Positions 39,730 to 48,782 of a stretch of 64,000 nt of DNA are shown piece by piece. The DNA is from an uncultured Gammaproteobacteria bacterium (GTDB taxonomy: Bacteria > Patescibacteriota > Patescibacteriia > 2-01-FULL-39-33), in NCBI GenBank assembly GCA_964536975.1, contig CAZHYS010000001.1, positions 34,329 to 98,328 of the forward strand, given 5' to 3'. Position 1 is the first letter of the stretch; every line of letters starts with the position of its first letter. The notes below the pieces were generated by a model. The model saw only the letters and a list, made by a program, of their open reading frames with translations. It had not been told where the DNA came from and ran no database searches. Both the position numbers and the translations under genes were made by a program.

Positions 39730-40926
39730 ATGGATACGAAACAGGCGCAAAGAAATGTGGCGTTGTATTACTTTTTTCAGCTTCTGCGGGAGCCGTTGTT
39801 CTGGGGACCGATTCTAATAAGTTATATCATGGCGGTTTCGCGAATGACGCTGTCGGAGATTTACGCGATGGAGGCGATCTGTCTGGTCGGAATAATGCTT
39901 TTGGAAGTGCCTTCCGGCGCGCTGGCCGATTTGCTCGGCCGCCGCCGGACCATCTTTATCGGCTCGGCGTTGTTTATCGCCGACAATCTGGTTTTTGCCT
40001 TGGCCGATAGCAAGCTGATGATTTGGTCAGCTAATCTGATTTGGGTCGTCGGTTTTTCTCTGGTATCCGGCGCGGACAGCTCACTGCTTTATGACAGCCT
40101 GAAAGTGCTGGGACAAGAAGACGATTACAAAAAGATAGAAGGCCGTTCCACTGCCTATCGTTTTTTGCTAGCGGCGGCGTGTTCGGTTTTTGTCGGCTAT
40201 CTGACCAGTTACAGCTGGCGCTTGCCGGTCGGATTGGGAGTTGTTTTTATCGCCGCCAATTGTCTAGTGACTTGGTTTTTTGTTGAGCCGCCATTTGCCG
40301 GCGGCAAGAAATACAGCGCCGCCGGACATTGGCAATTGATGAAGTTGAGTGTGTTATTTGTCGCTAATCATCGCCCGGTCAAATGGGTGATCGTTTTTTC
40401 GGTTCTGGTGGGGGTGGTGTCCAAGATTTGGTTTTTCACCTACAACCCCTATTTTGAACTAGTCGGATTGCCGCTTCATTATTACGGCTGGTTGTTTTTC
40501 GGGCTCAATTTGGTCGCGGCGTTTTTTTGCCATCAGGCCGATCGCTTGTATAGAAGGCTGGGCGACTTCGGCAGTATCGTGATGATGCTCTCGGCAGTCA
40601 GTTTGCCGATTTTGGCGATGGGCCTTGTCGTCTCTAAGCCGCTGGCGCTGTTGGTGATTATGCAGAATGTGGCGCGCGGTTATTACAACCCGTTCATTGG
40701 CCACTTTCTCCATCGTTATCTGGACTCGGCCAATCGGGCGACGGTCGTCTCTATTAAGTCGGCAGTCCGCGGCTTGGGGGAATTCGTCATGCTCGGCGCT
40801 TTCGGGCTCTTGCTCAAGGCAGTATCATTGCCGGTCGGGTTGGAAATTTTGGGAGGAATTTCCCTGGCCGGCGGCGTTTGGCTGATTGTTTCGTATCGAC
40901 GGATTTTCGTTGATACAACCGATTAA
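39730..40926 (+). CDS. MFS transporter
   Basis: LEVPSGALADLLGRR, SGADSSLLYDSL, RATVVS; 12 TM helices. Confidence 0.92.
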   Translation: MDTKQAQRNVALYYFFQLLREPLFWGPILISYIMAVSRMTLSEIYAMEAICLVGIMLLEVPSGALADLLGRRRTIFIGSALFIADNLVFALADSKLMIWSANLIWVVGFSLVSGADSSLLYDSLKVLGQEDDYKKIEGRSTAYRFLLAAACSVFVGYLTSYSWRLPVGLGVVFIAANCLVTWFFVEPPFAGGKKYSAAGHWQLMKLSVLFVANHRPVKWVIVFSVLVGVVSKIWFFTYNPYFELVGLPLHYYGWLFFGLNLVAAFFCHQADRLYRRLGDFGSIVMMLSAVSLPILAMGLVVSKPLALLVIMQNVARGYYNPFIGHFLHRYLDSANRATVVSIKSAVRGLGEFVMLGAFGLLLKAVSLPVGLEILGGISLAGGVWLIVSYRRIFVDTTD

Positions 40927-40937
40927 AATCCGTTCGC

Positions 40938-40976
40938 GCCGCTCAAGTCTCATCGGAGATTTGGGCGGCTTTTTTA
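40938..40976 (+). terminator. Rho-independent terminator
   Basis: GCCGCTCAAGTCTC...GAGATTTGGGCGGC followed by a T tract. Confidence 0.7.
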
Positions 40977-41058
40977 TTGCTGTTAAAGTGGAAATTAAGA
41001 GAATCAGTCTTGGGATAAGTGCCGAAAGTTAAAAAATAATTTTTTAATAAAAAAATAA

Positions 41059-41107
41059 ACCCCCGCTCCGATTCTTTCCCGAGACAGTCGAGAAAGTCGG
41101 AGCGGGG
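41059..41107 (-). terminator. Terminator of the ankyrin gene
   Basis: CCCCGCTCCGA...TCGGAGCGGGG preceded by an A-rich tract. Confidence 0.65.
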
Positions 41108-41123
41108 CGTGGAGTGGGGGCAG

Positions 41124-41900
41124 TTATTCGTGGCCGCCATGGCGTTTGAGGAAATTGACGACCCGGGCAAGATAGGCATCGGTTCCAGTGAAGAATAATC
41201 CGGGGTTGGCGGCAGTATTGACAGCCAGCGCAAGAGGCGTTTTACCGTTCGTAGTCCGGCTGTTGATTGGGATGCCGGCCTTTACCAGCATTCTTGAAGC
41301 CGCCAATTTGCAACTTTCGGCGGCGGCATGAAGGGCGTTATAGCCGCGGCCATCTTTGGCTTGCAACTCTGCGCCGCTACGCAACAAAATGCGCATTGCT
41401 TTTGTTTGGTTGCATCTAGCCGCGAAGTGAAGCAGTGTCTCTTTTCGGTTGGTGTCGCCATTGACGACAGTGGCATTGACGTCGGCTCCGTGTTTAATCA
41501 GCAGGCGCAGAGTGCTCTGGTCATGATTGGCTATCGCGCATTGGAGGAGTTGGCCAGAGTTTTTGACTTTAGCGCCACACGCGATGAGCCGGCGGCAGAA
41601 GTCGGTTTTTTTCTTAGACACGGCGTAGCCGAGCAGGGTTGTTGCCGCCGGAGCATAAAGGTTGGTCATCAGCGGTACGATGTTGTCGTTGATGTTATCC
41701 AAACAAAACGGCAAAATCGCCTCAAATGACTCATTGTCTCCGCGCTCAATTGCCATCATCAAAATATGGGCGGGTGTGTTGCCGGTCAGTTTCTCCACGG
41801 CTTTTTGGAGACACTGATACTGTACGACCTTCTCGATAAGTATGGCGATCTTGTCAAGAAGCTCCTCCTTAATAGGTGGCTTTTTTTTGGTTGTCTTCAT
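41124..41900 (-). CDS. Ankyrin repeat protein
   Basis: LLIKHGADVNA, TLLHFAA, GYNALHAAA, GKTPLALA; SD and a TTGACA-N17-TAAGCT promoter at 41984-42012. Confidence 0.9.
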   Translation of the reverse strand: MKTTKKKPPIKEELLDKIAILIEKVVQYQCLQKAVEKLTGNTPAHILMMAIERGDNESFEAILPFCLDNINDNIVPLMTNLYAPAATTLLGYAVSKKKTDFCRRLIACGAKVKNSGQLLQCAIANHDQSTLRLLIKHGADVNATVVNGDTNRKETLLHFAARCNQTKAMRILLRSGAELQAKDGRGYNALHAAAESCKLAASRMLVKAGIPINSRTTNGKTPLALAVNTAANPGLFFTGTDAYLARVVNFLKRHGGHE

Positions 41901-42059
41901 TTCCCTTCTTCCTCCTTTACCAAGGGTTTGGCCAGTCGGCCGTTATTCCCAAGTAATGAAAAAGTGCGAAAAATTCTGTCCCAAGCTTACCAAGAATATC
42001 AGTTTTTGTCAATCTTTTGACTTATTGAGCCAAGAAGACTAAAATAATAAAGAAGTTAA

Positions 42060-43133
42060 ATGTTTTACATTATGGAACTCCTTCTTATTATTCTGACCGC
42101 AGTTTTGATTGCCGGCGTCATCGGTTTGTTTTTATTTTTTAATAAAAAATTTGCCGAGCTCACCGGCGCCAAAAAAGACGATCAATCGTTTTTGATGCTT
42201 CAAGAGCGGATCAAAGAGCTCAATCAGACAATGGACAACAAACTGGCTGAGTCAACCCGGCAGATTCAGATGCATTTCGGCCAGAGCGCCAAAATCATTG
42301 AGTCGGTGACCGAGAAGCTCACCAAACTGGATGAGACCAATCGTCAGGTGGTCAACTTTGCTGATCAACTCCAGCGTTTGCAGGATATTCTCAAAAATCC
42401 CAAACAGCGCGGCATTTTCGGCGAGTATCAATTGGAGATGCTGCTCAAAAACGCTTTTCAGCCCAATCAGTACAAGATGCAATATTCGCTCGGCAAAGAT
42501 TCCAAGACCGGCCAGGATTTGATCGTTGATGCTGTTTTGTTTCTCGGCGATAAGGTCATTCCGATTGATTCCAAATTTTCTCTGGAAAATTACAACAAGA
42601 TAATAGAAGAGAATGATCCGGCCAAGCGCGAGCAATTGGAGTTGGCGTTCAAAAACGATCTCAAAAAGAGGATTGACGAAACCGCCAAGTACATCCGGCC
42701 GGACAAGGGGACGCTGGATTTCGCTTTTATGTTTATTCCGGCGGAGGGAATCTTTTATGATCTGCTCATCAACAAAGTCGGCGTCATCAAGGTGAACACT
42801 CGTGATTTGATTGACTATGCCGTCAATGAGAAAAAGGTCCATATCGTCTCGCCGACTACTTTTTATGTGACGCTCCAATCGCTCTGGCATGGCATGCGCG
42901 CCTTCCAGATCCAGGAGCAGACCAAGGAAATTTTGAAAAACGTCGGCCAATTGGACAAACATTTGAAATCTTACGAAGAATTTTTGCAGAAGCTCGGCGG
43001 GCATTTGGGGACGACGGTCAATATGTACAACAGCGCGTATCAAGAATTCAAAAAAATAGACAAAGATGTGGTTCGCCTGGTCGGCGGTGACAGCAAGGTT
43101 GACCCGTTGCAGATTGACAAGCCGCAGGCGTAA
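42060..43133 (+). CDS. rmuC: DNA recombination protein RmuC
   Basis: N-terminal TM, coiled coil, KQRGIFGE, IDSKF, FAFMFIPAEG, VSPTT. Confidence 0.92.
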   Translation: MFYIMELLLIILTAVLIAGVIGLFLFFNKKFAELTGAKKDDQSFLMLQERIKELNQTMDNKLAESTRQIQMHFGQSAKIIESVTEKLTKLDETNRQVVNFADQLQRLQDILKNPKQRGIFGEYQLEMLLKNAFQPNQYKMQYSLGKDSKTGQDLIVDAVLFLGDKVIPIDSKFSLENYNKIIEENDPAKREQLELAFKNDLKKRIDETAKYIRPDKGTLDFAFMFIPAEGIFYDLLINKVGVIKVNTRDLIDYAVNEKKVHIVSPTTFYVTLQSLWHGMRAFQIQEQTKEILKNVGQLDKHLKSYEEFLQKLGGHLGTTVNMYNSAYQEFKKIDKDVVRLVGGDSKVDPLQIDKPQA

Positions 43134-43153
43134 TTGTTTTCGCGTCGCTTATC

Positions 43154-44506
43154 ATGCCGCTTAACGCCGCGCCAATGACGATAAAAAACACAAAACCGAC
43201 AATCATTTTGACGCTTTTTGTCGTCGCCAGTTTTTGTTTATTTTTGCTTCTCAATATCCGCGCGCCGCTCAAAATCCAGGGTGACGGCGTTTTTTATTAT
43301 TCTTGGCTTCATTCGGCGGCGTGGGACAAAGATTTGGATTTTTCCAATCAGTTGGCGCATTTTGCCGACTATGATTTTTTCAGCCGGAAATTCACCGAAG
43401 AAAATGTTAGGACTGCCATCGGAATGACCCCCAATCCGTATGCGCTTGGGACAGCCATAATGTGGTTGCCCTTTGTCGCTGTCGCGCATTTTTTGACTTT
43501 ATTTTGGCCGGGAGATTTTTTGACCGATGGTTATTCTTATTTTTATGTCTTGGCGGTGAACTTTGCCTCGTGGTTTTATGGTCTAGCGGCTCTGTGGCTA
43601 TTGTGGCGGATGCTGAAAAATTTTTTTAGCGAGCGAGCGGCGCTACTGTCATCTCTGTCATTGTGGCTGGCGACGCCCTGGGTGTATTATCAATTTTTTG
43701 AGCCGTCAATGTCGCATTCGGCCTCGTTGTTTCTGTCAGCGGCCTGGCTTTGGCTGCTGGTAGAATTGTGGCGGGGGAGACGAATCGGAAAATTGAGATT
43801 CGTCACGATAGTTTTTCTGCTGGTCGCCGTCCGCTGGCAGAATGTTTTATTTCTCATCGCTTTTTTGCCGTTTGCCGGCCGATTATCCAAACCGCAAATT
43901 CCTTCGCCGACGCAGGATTTTATTTGGCCGCGATTGGGGGAGTCAGGGCAATGGAAATCGGCAATCAAGGATTTGATAATTTTGTTATTGCCGCTCGTGG
44001 CGTTTATTTTTCTGCAAGCGGCTGTCTGGAAAACGATTTATGGCGAATATTTTTTGGTCCCGCAAGGGCATACTTTTGTCCGGCCGGAGTTTCACGGGCT
44101 TTATACTTTGTTTTCTACTGACCGCGGCTTGCTGTTGTGGTCGCCGGTGCTAGTCGCGGCTTTTGTCGGCCTGGCTTGGCTGTGGCAAAAATCAAAATTT
44201 TGGACAATCATCGTTTTTTCGGTTTTCGCGTTGCAGTGGCTGATAAACAGCTCGCTCAATGACTTGGGCGGAGGCGACGCTTTTGGCGGCCGGCGGTTTA
44301 TTGAGACTTTGCCGTTTTTGGCTTTACCTCTCTCGGCTTTGTTGGACCGATTCAAAAAGATATATCTTCCGGCGGTTGCCGTAGTGATCATCTTGATCTT
44401 TTGGAATCTGCTTCTCATTCAAAATTATCGGCTGGGCAATATTCCCCATTCGGGGGAATTTGAAATCAGGCGATCTTTAATTGATGCATTGTCTCTTGAC
44501 AATTGA
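43154..44506 (+). CDS. Multi-TM GT-C-like membrane glycosyltransferase
   Basis: GDGVFYY..L.S..D.DLDF, MSH, RGLLLWSP, FGGRRF. Confidence 0.7.
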   Translation: MPLNAAPMTIKNTKPTIILTLFVVASFCLFLLLNIRAPLKIQGDGVFYYSWLHSAAWDKDLDFSNQLAHFADYDFFSRKFTEENVRTAIGMTPNPYALGTAIMWLPFVAVAHFLTLFWPGDFLTDGYSYFYVLAVNFASWFYGLAALWLLWRMLKNFFSERAALLSSLSLWLATPWVYYQFFEPSMSHSASLFLSAAWLWLLVELWRGRRIGKLRFVTIVFLLVAVRWQNVLFLIAFLPFAGRLSKPQIPSPTQDFIWPRLGESGQWKSAIKDLIILLLPLVAFIFLQAAVWKTIYGEYFLVPQGHTFVRPEFHGLYTLFSTDRGLLLWSPVLVAAFVGLAWLWQKSKFWTIIVFSVFALQWLINSSLNDLGGGDAFGGRRFIETLPFLALPLSALLDRFKKIYLPAVAVVIILIFWNLLLIQNYRLGNIPHSGEFEIRRSLIDALSLDN

Positions 44507-44518
44507 ATTTCGCCACCT

Positions 44519-44920
44519 TTGTCATTGCGAGTCCGCCGCGGCGGATATGGCAATCCCATATTGATTAAGAGTAACCATTCTAAAAACATGGGATCGCCAC
44601 AGTCGTCCGCTTTCGTATTAACAAAATCGTCCTCCCTCGCGATGACACAGTCTTTCGGGTTACCGACTATTCCGAGTTCCGTAGAGACGTCCCGAGCGTT
44701 CGGGGCGTCTCTACAATTATTACTGATTACTTGTTACTTATTACGGTTTCATAGACTTTATGAACTTTACGGACTTTATAGACTTTTGACTACTAAAATT
44801 CCATGTTATGCGTTACGTGATTTCCGAGTTACGAGTCGCGAGTTCCGGGTTGCGGATAGACGCGATAAATCGCGTCTCTACAAATCCCTACATCCTAATT
44901 CCTAATTCCTAATCCCTGTG
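44519..44920. repeat. Intergenic mosaic of REP-like palindromes and 7-bp-periodic modules
   Basis: GTCATTGCGAG..CTCGCGATGAC element, GTAG-type REP at 44681-44714, and (TTACTGA), (GACTTTA), (CGAGTTA), (TTCCTAA) modules. Confidence 0.75.
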
Positions 44921-44936
44921 CTATAATATACTCATT

Positions 44937-45899
44937 ATGGAAGGTGAAATCAAAAAATTTTTACGCCGTTTGTCACAGGAATTTTTTTTGTTCGCGCCGC
45001 AGAAAAACGGCCGGATTTTAAAGATCAAAGAAGTCCGCGACATTGACGATATTGATTGGTCGGGAGCGATTCCGCAAAACACTTGGAAGGAGCTATTTTT
45101 GCCGGCGAGAGAAAAACTTTTTGACATCTCGGCCGATCGGCTTGTTTCAGCTGGAAAGAGCGGGCCGAAAGTTGCCGCTATTGGGGTCAATGTCGTTGAC
45201 CTCAAAGCAATTACCTTGTTTGAGTTGGTATTTAGCCGCGATGTTTATTATCAGGCGCGTCGGCGCAATACTCTGATTGTCGGTTATAGCTCATCGTGGC
45301 CCAATGATTACAAAAAATACAAAGTCTTCAGCCACAATTTTGAAGAGGATATTTTGGAACACTTGATTTTTGATATTTTTATCGCTCATTTTGCCGACGG
45401 CCGATTGAAGATTTATTCCGGTTCGGAAAAGGGCCAGCGGGCGCTGGAATCTGGCGGCATCAAAAATTATGAACACATAGAATTTGCCGGACCGATTTCC
45501 GAAAAGGGTCCGGACAAAAGGATGTTGCTGCTCAAGAAAAAAATGGAATCGTCAGAAGGCAGAAAAGTTTGGGATGAATTAGGCAAGACTTGCATCGCTT
45601 GCGGCAAATGTTCCATCGCTTGTCCGACTTGTTTCTGCTTTGACTTGGAAGACAAAATGGATCCGGACAATTCCGGCCGGAATAGAAAATGGGGCAACTG
45701 TTTTTATAATGATTTTTCACTGGTGGCCGGCGGCGGCAAAGAGCTGGACACAGTCAAGAAAAAAATATTTTTTTGGTATTTTCACAAGTTCGTCCGCATT
45801 CCTTTTGAATATATGATTCCCGGCTGTGTCGGCTGCGGCCGGTGCAGCCGCGCCTGCCCGGTCGGGATAAAGATAGAAGAAGTGTTAAAGAAAATTTAA
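44937..45899 (+). CDS. hydB: Group 3b [NiFe]-hydrogenase (sulfhydrogenase) beta subunit, 4Fe-4S dicluster
   Basis: CIACGKCSIACPTCFCF and CVGCGRCSRACPVGI; operon context. Confidence 0.85.
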   Translation: MEGEIKKFLRRLSQEFFLFAPQKNGRILKIKEVRDIDDIDWSGAIPQNTWKELFLPAREKLFDISADRLVSAGKSGPKVAAIGVNVVDLKAITLFELVFSRDVYYQARRRNTLIVGYSSSWPNDYKKYKVFSHNFEEDILEHLIFDIFIAHFADGRLKIYSGSEKGQRALESGGIKNYEHIEFAGPISEKGPDKRMLLLKKKMESSEGRKVWDELGKTCIACGKCSIACPTCFCFDLEDKMDPDNSGRNRKWGNCFYNDFSLVAGGGKELDTVKKKIFFWYFHKFVRIPFEYMIPGCVGCGRCSRACPVGIKIEEVLKKI

Positions 45900-45914
45900 A
45901 GCTAAAAATGAAAA

Positions 45915-46289
45915 ATGCAAAATAACAGCGCAAAATTTAAAATTGATCTGAAAAAGAGGTCATATCTATATGCTTTGGATATCATAAAATTTTTAGACAA
46001 TTTAGATAAAAAAGATTTTTTCGTTGAGGTGATTATTAAACAACTTTTAAGAAGTGCTACAAGTATCGGCGCCAATATTATTGAGGCCCAAGCCGGAAGC
46101 AGTAAGAAAGATTTTACTAATTTTTTCAGTTATGCCTTAAAATCAGCAAATGAAAGTAAATTTTGGCTGGCTCTGCTTAGGGATTCAGCCAAGTCTAAGA
46201 GAAATGAAGTAGATGATTTGCTGGCGGAGACAAACGAAATAGCAAATATTCTCGGTTCCAGTATTTTGACTTTGAAAGGCAAAAGGTGA
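45915..46289 (+). CDS. Four helix bundle protein (23S rRNA IVP/Avd-like family)
   Basis: KQLLRSATSIGANIIEA..SKKDF...ALKSANESKFWL. Confidence 0.92.
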   Translation: MQNNSAKFKIDLKKRSYLYALDIIKFLDNLDKKDFFVEVIIKQLLRSATSIGANIIEAQAGSSKKDFTNFFSYALKSANESKFWLALLRDSAKSKRNEVDDLLAETNEIANILGSSILTLKGKR

Positions 46290-46369
46290 TTTATATTTTA
46301 AGTTTTTATTTTTAATTTTTCATTTTGCGTTTTTCGCTTTACGCTTTCCGCTTTACGTCTTACGTTTTT

Positions 46370-47188
46370 ATGCTCAACATCTACCAACCCCATCAAGCCA
46401 AGATCGTTTCGGCGGTTCAAGAATCAATTGACACTTGTCTTTTTAGATTCAAATTTGTTGACCTTGGCGTCCAGGACGATTTCCGTTTTTTGCCCGGCCA
46501 ATTTGTCCAAATCGGTTTGCCCGGTTGGGGAGAATGTCCGATTAGCATTTGTTCATCGTCTGCCGATAGCGAAGATTTTTTTGAATTGGCCATTAGGGAT
46601 GTCGGGACACTCACTCACAAATTGAATAGCTTGAGGGCCGGCGATATCGTTGATGTGCGCGGGCCGTTTGGCAATGGTTTTGACGCGGACTTATTCAAAG
46701 GCAAGCCGCTACTGCTCATTGGCGGCGGTTGCGGTTTTATTCCTTTGCGGTCGCTAATAATTGATCATCTTCATAGTCGGCTGAAGAATACCAGCCTGCA
46801 GATTCTTTATGGTTGCGCCAGTGAAAGCACGATGCTGTTTAAAAAAGATCACGCCGCTTGGAATCGGCGCGCCGAGCTGAAAGTCATCTTGGAGCATCCA
46901 TCAAAGGAATGGAGGGGCGAGCGGGGATTGGTCACGGACCTAATCGGCAAAATAAAAATTACCAGCGATACGGTCGCGGTGCTGGTCGGGCCGCCGGTAA
47001 TGTACAAATTCGTCATCAAAGAACTCAAAAAAAAGAAAATCAGCGCGGAAAATATTTTTGTGTCGCTGGAAAAAAGAATGTATTGCGGCGTCGGCGTTTG
47101 CCAGCATTGCGCCATTGGTCCGTTTTATGTCTGTAAAGATGGCCCGGTTTTCCGGTGGTTAGATATTGAAAAGTATTATAGTCAATAA
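46370..47188 (+). CDS. hydG: Group 3b hydrogenase gamma subunit (FAD/NAD(P)-binding, 2Fe-2S)
   Basis: PGQF, GECPISI, RGPFGNGF, GGGCG..PLRS, GPPVMY, CGVGVCQHC..CKDGPVF. This is the sulfhydrogenase subunit, not the [FeFe] maturase HydG. Confidence 0.88.
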   Translation: MLNIYQPHQAKIVSAVQESIDTCLFRFKFVDLGVQDDFRFLPGQFVQIGLPGWGECPISICSSSADSEDFFELAIRDVGTLTHKLNSLRAGDIVDVRGPFGNGFDADLFKGKPLLLIGGGCGFIPLRSLIIDHLHSRLKNTSLQILYGCASESTMLFKKDHAAWNRRAELKVILEHPSKEWRGERGLVTDLIGKIKITSDTVAVLVGPPVMYKFVIKELKKKKISAENIFVSLEKRMYCGVGVCQHCAIGPFYVCKDGPVFRWLDIEKYYSQ

Positions 47189-47433
47189 AGTCAAAAGTCA
47201 AAAGTCTATAAAGTCCGTAAAGTCCATAAAGTCAAATTGACAAATTGTTATATTGTTAAATTGTCCGCTGCCGTTTTAAAATTAAAAATTGTTTTGAAAT
47301 TTTAAATTTAAAATTGGAAATTTTATTAGACATTAGAAATTAGACATTAGAAATTTTATTAGTCCCTAATCGCTAAATGCTACTTGCTATACGCCATAAG
47401 CCATAAGCTATTCGCTATTTGCCATAAGCCATT
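47188..47433. repeat. Stack of 7-bp-periodic modules
   Basis: (AAAGTCA/TAAAGTC)n, (ATTGTTA)n, (TTAGACA/TTAGAAA)n, (GCCATAA)n in series. Confidence 0.8.
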
Positions 47434-47436
47434 CCT

Positions 47437-48687
47437 ATGTGTCTTACTATCCCTCTCCAAATCAAAAATATTTCCAACGGCCGGGCCGAGCTGTCCGATG
47501 GCCGTCTGGTTGTCGCGCCGTTAATCTCTGATTTGAAAAAAGGGGATTGGGTGCTCCACACTGGCGATTTTTTGATAAAAAAAATAGAGGCCGAAGAAGC
47601 TCGGGAGATTCTGGAACTGATTGATTCGTATCCCGGAATTAATTTGGATGAATTTCCGCCGAAGTTCAAAAATATTTTGGAGTCAACCGCCGAGCGGGAA
47701 TTGTCCGCGCAGGAGATTGAATACTTGCTCGGCATTGAAGACGAGCAGCTGCTCCGGGCGATTTATTCCCAAGCCAATACGATTAGAAAATTGAGCATCA
47801 AGGATCATATTTGCATCCACGGCATTATTGAGTTTTCCAATCATTGCCGCAACAACTGTTTGTATTGCGGATTGCGGAGTGACAATGATATCCGGCGTTA
47901 TCGGATGAGCGTGGAGGAGATTGTTGATCGGGCGGTTTGGGCGGCCGAAGATAAGGGCTATAAAATTCTGGTACTGCAGTCGGGTGAGGACGAATATTAT
48001 GATGAAGAAAGATTATTGCAAATCGTGAGAGGCATCAAATCCCGTTGCCGAGTATTTATCTATTTGAGCATCGGCGACAAGCCAATGGAGACTTACGCCA
48101 AATTGAAAGTAGCGGGCGCGAGCGGGGTATTGTATCGGTTTGAAACTTCCAATAGCGAATTGTATGCAAAATTGCATCCAGGCGACAACTTGGCGGAGCG
48201 ACTGGACAACATCAGAAAAATGAAAGCGCTCGGCTACATCATTTCTTCCGGGCCGATCATCGGTTTGCCCGGCCAGACCATTAAGGATTTGGCGAATGAT
48301 GTGGAGCTGATGCGGGGGTTGGGCGTATTTATGCCGTCAATGGGGCCGTTTATTCCGGCCGGCGGGACGCCGCTGGAGCAGGCAAAGAGCGGTGATTTTG
48401 AACTGTCGCTCAAAATGATCGCGGTGACGCGGCTGGCAATGCCCAAGGCGCGGATTCCGGTGACGACGGCGATGGAGACAATCGGCCCGGCCGATGCCCG
48501 CCATTTGGCGTTTATGGCCGGCGCTAATAGCGTGATGTTCAATCTGACGCCGGAAAAATACCGCAAGGATTATTTTATTTATAACAACAAATTTTTTGAT
48601 CGTGAAAGAAGATACGAGAAATGGGCACTATTTAAGGGAGAGCTTAGTTATAAAATGTTGGAAGACGAGATTGGAGTGAAAATATAG
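47437..48687 (+). CDS. HypC-like domain fused to a HydE-family radical SAM enzyme
   Basis: N-terminal MCLTIP...GDWVLH....I.AEEA.E.L (HypC); EFSNHCRNNCLYCGLR, LQSGED, GLPGQT, GPFIP..GTPL, IPVTTAM, GANSVM.NLTP, Y.IY..K (HydE). Confidence 0.85.
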   Translation: MCLTIPLQIKNISNGRAELSDGRLVVAPLISDLKKGDWVLHTGDFLIKKIEAEEAREILELIDSYPGINLDEFPPKFKNILESTAERELSAQEIEYLLGIEDEQLLRAIYSQANTIRKLSIKDHICIHGIIEFSNHCRNNCLYCGLRSDNDIRRYRMSVEEIVDRAVWAAEDKGYKILVLQSGEDEYYDEERLLQIVRGIKSRCRVFIYLSIGDKPMETYAKLKVAGASGVLYRFETSNSELYAKLHPGDNLAERLDNIRKMKALGYIISSGPIIGLPGQTIKDLANDVELMRGLGVFMPSMGPFIPAGGTPLEQAKSGDFELSLKMIAVTRLAMPKARIPVTTAMETIGPADARHLAFMAGANSVMFNLTPEKYRKDYFIYNNKFFDRERRYEKWALFKGELSYKMLEDEIGVKI

Positions 48688-48782
48688 TTAAAATAATGAT
48701 AAAATTAAAGGGATTCCTCCGCTTTCGGTCGGAATGACAATGGGAACAGTAAATCATAAAGAATGTTTGTAATTTTTACAAT

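Noticed and set aside
34200-42020. Prophage or integrative element
   Set aside because: No integrase, phage structural gene, tRNA or att-like direct repeat was seen.
43885-43940. Possible in-frame repeat insertion (KPQIPSPTQDFIWPRLG) in the GT-C gene
   Set aside because: The loop looks unusual, but I found no second copy in the window.
44519-44905. 128-aa ORF in the track
   Set aside because: It is a translation of stacked repeats and palindromes (LLITCYLL, LYELYGLYRL), with a TTG start and no protein-like features.
44937-47188. Anaerobic sulfite reductase AsrAB
   Set aside because: No AsrC is present, and the adjacent [NiFe] small and large subunits identify these as hydrogenase beta and gamma subunits.
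47437-48687. Biotin synthase or PylB call
   Set aside because: The motifs (EFSN.C, LQSGED, TTAM, YxxYxxK) and hydrogenase context fit HydE better, and no bio or pyl genes are nearby. Not formally excluded without a phylogeny.
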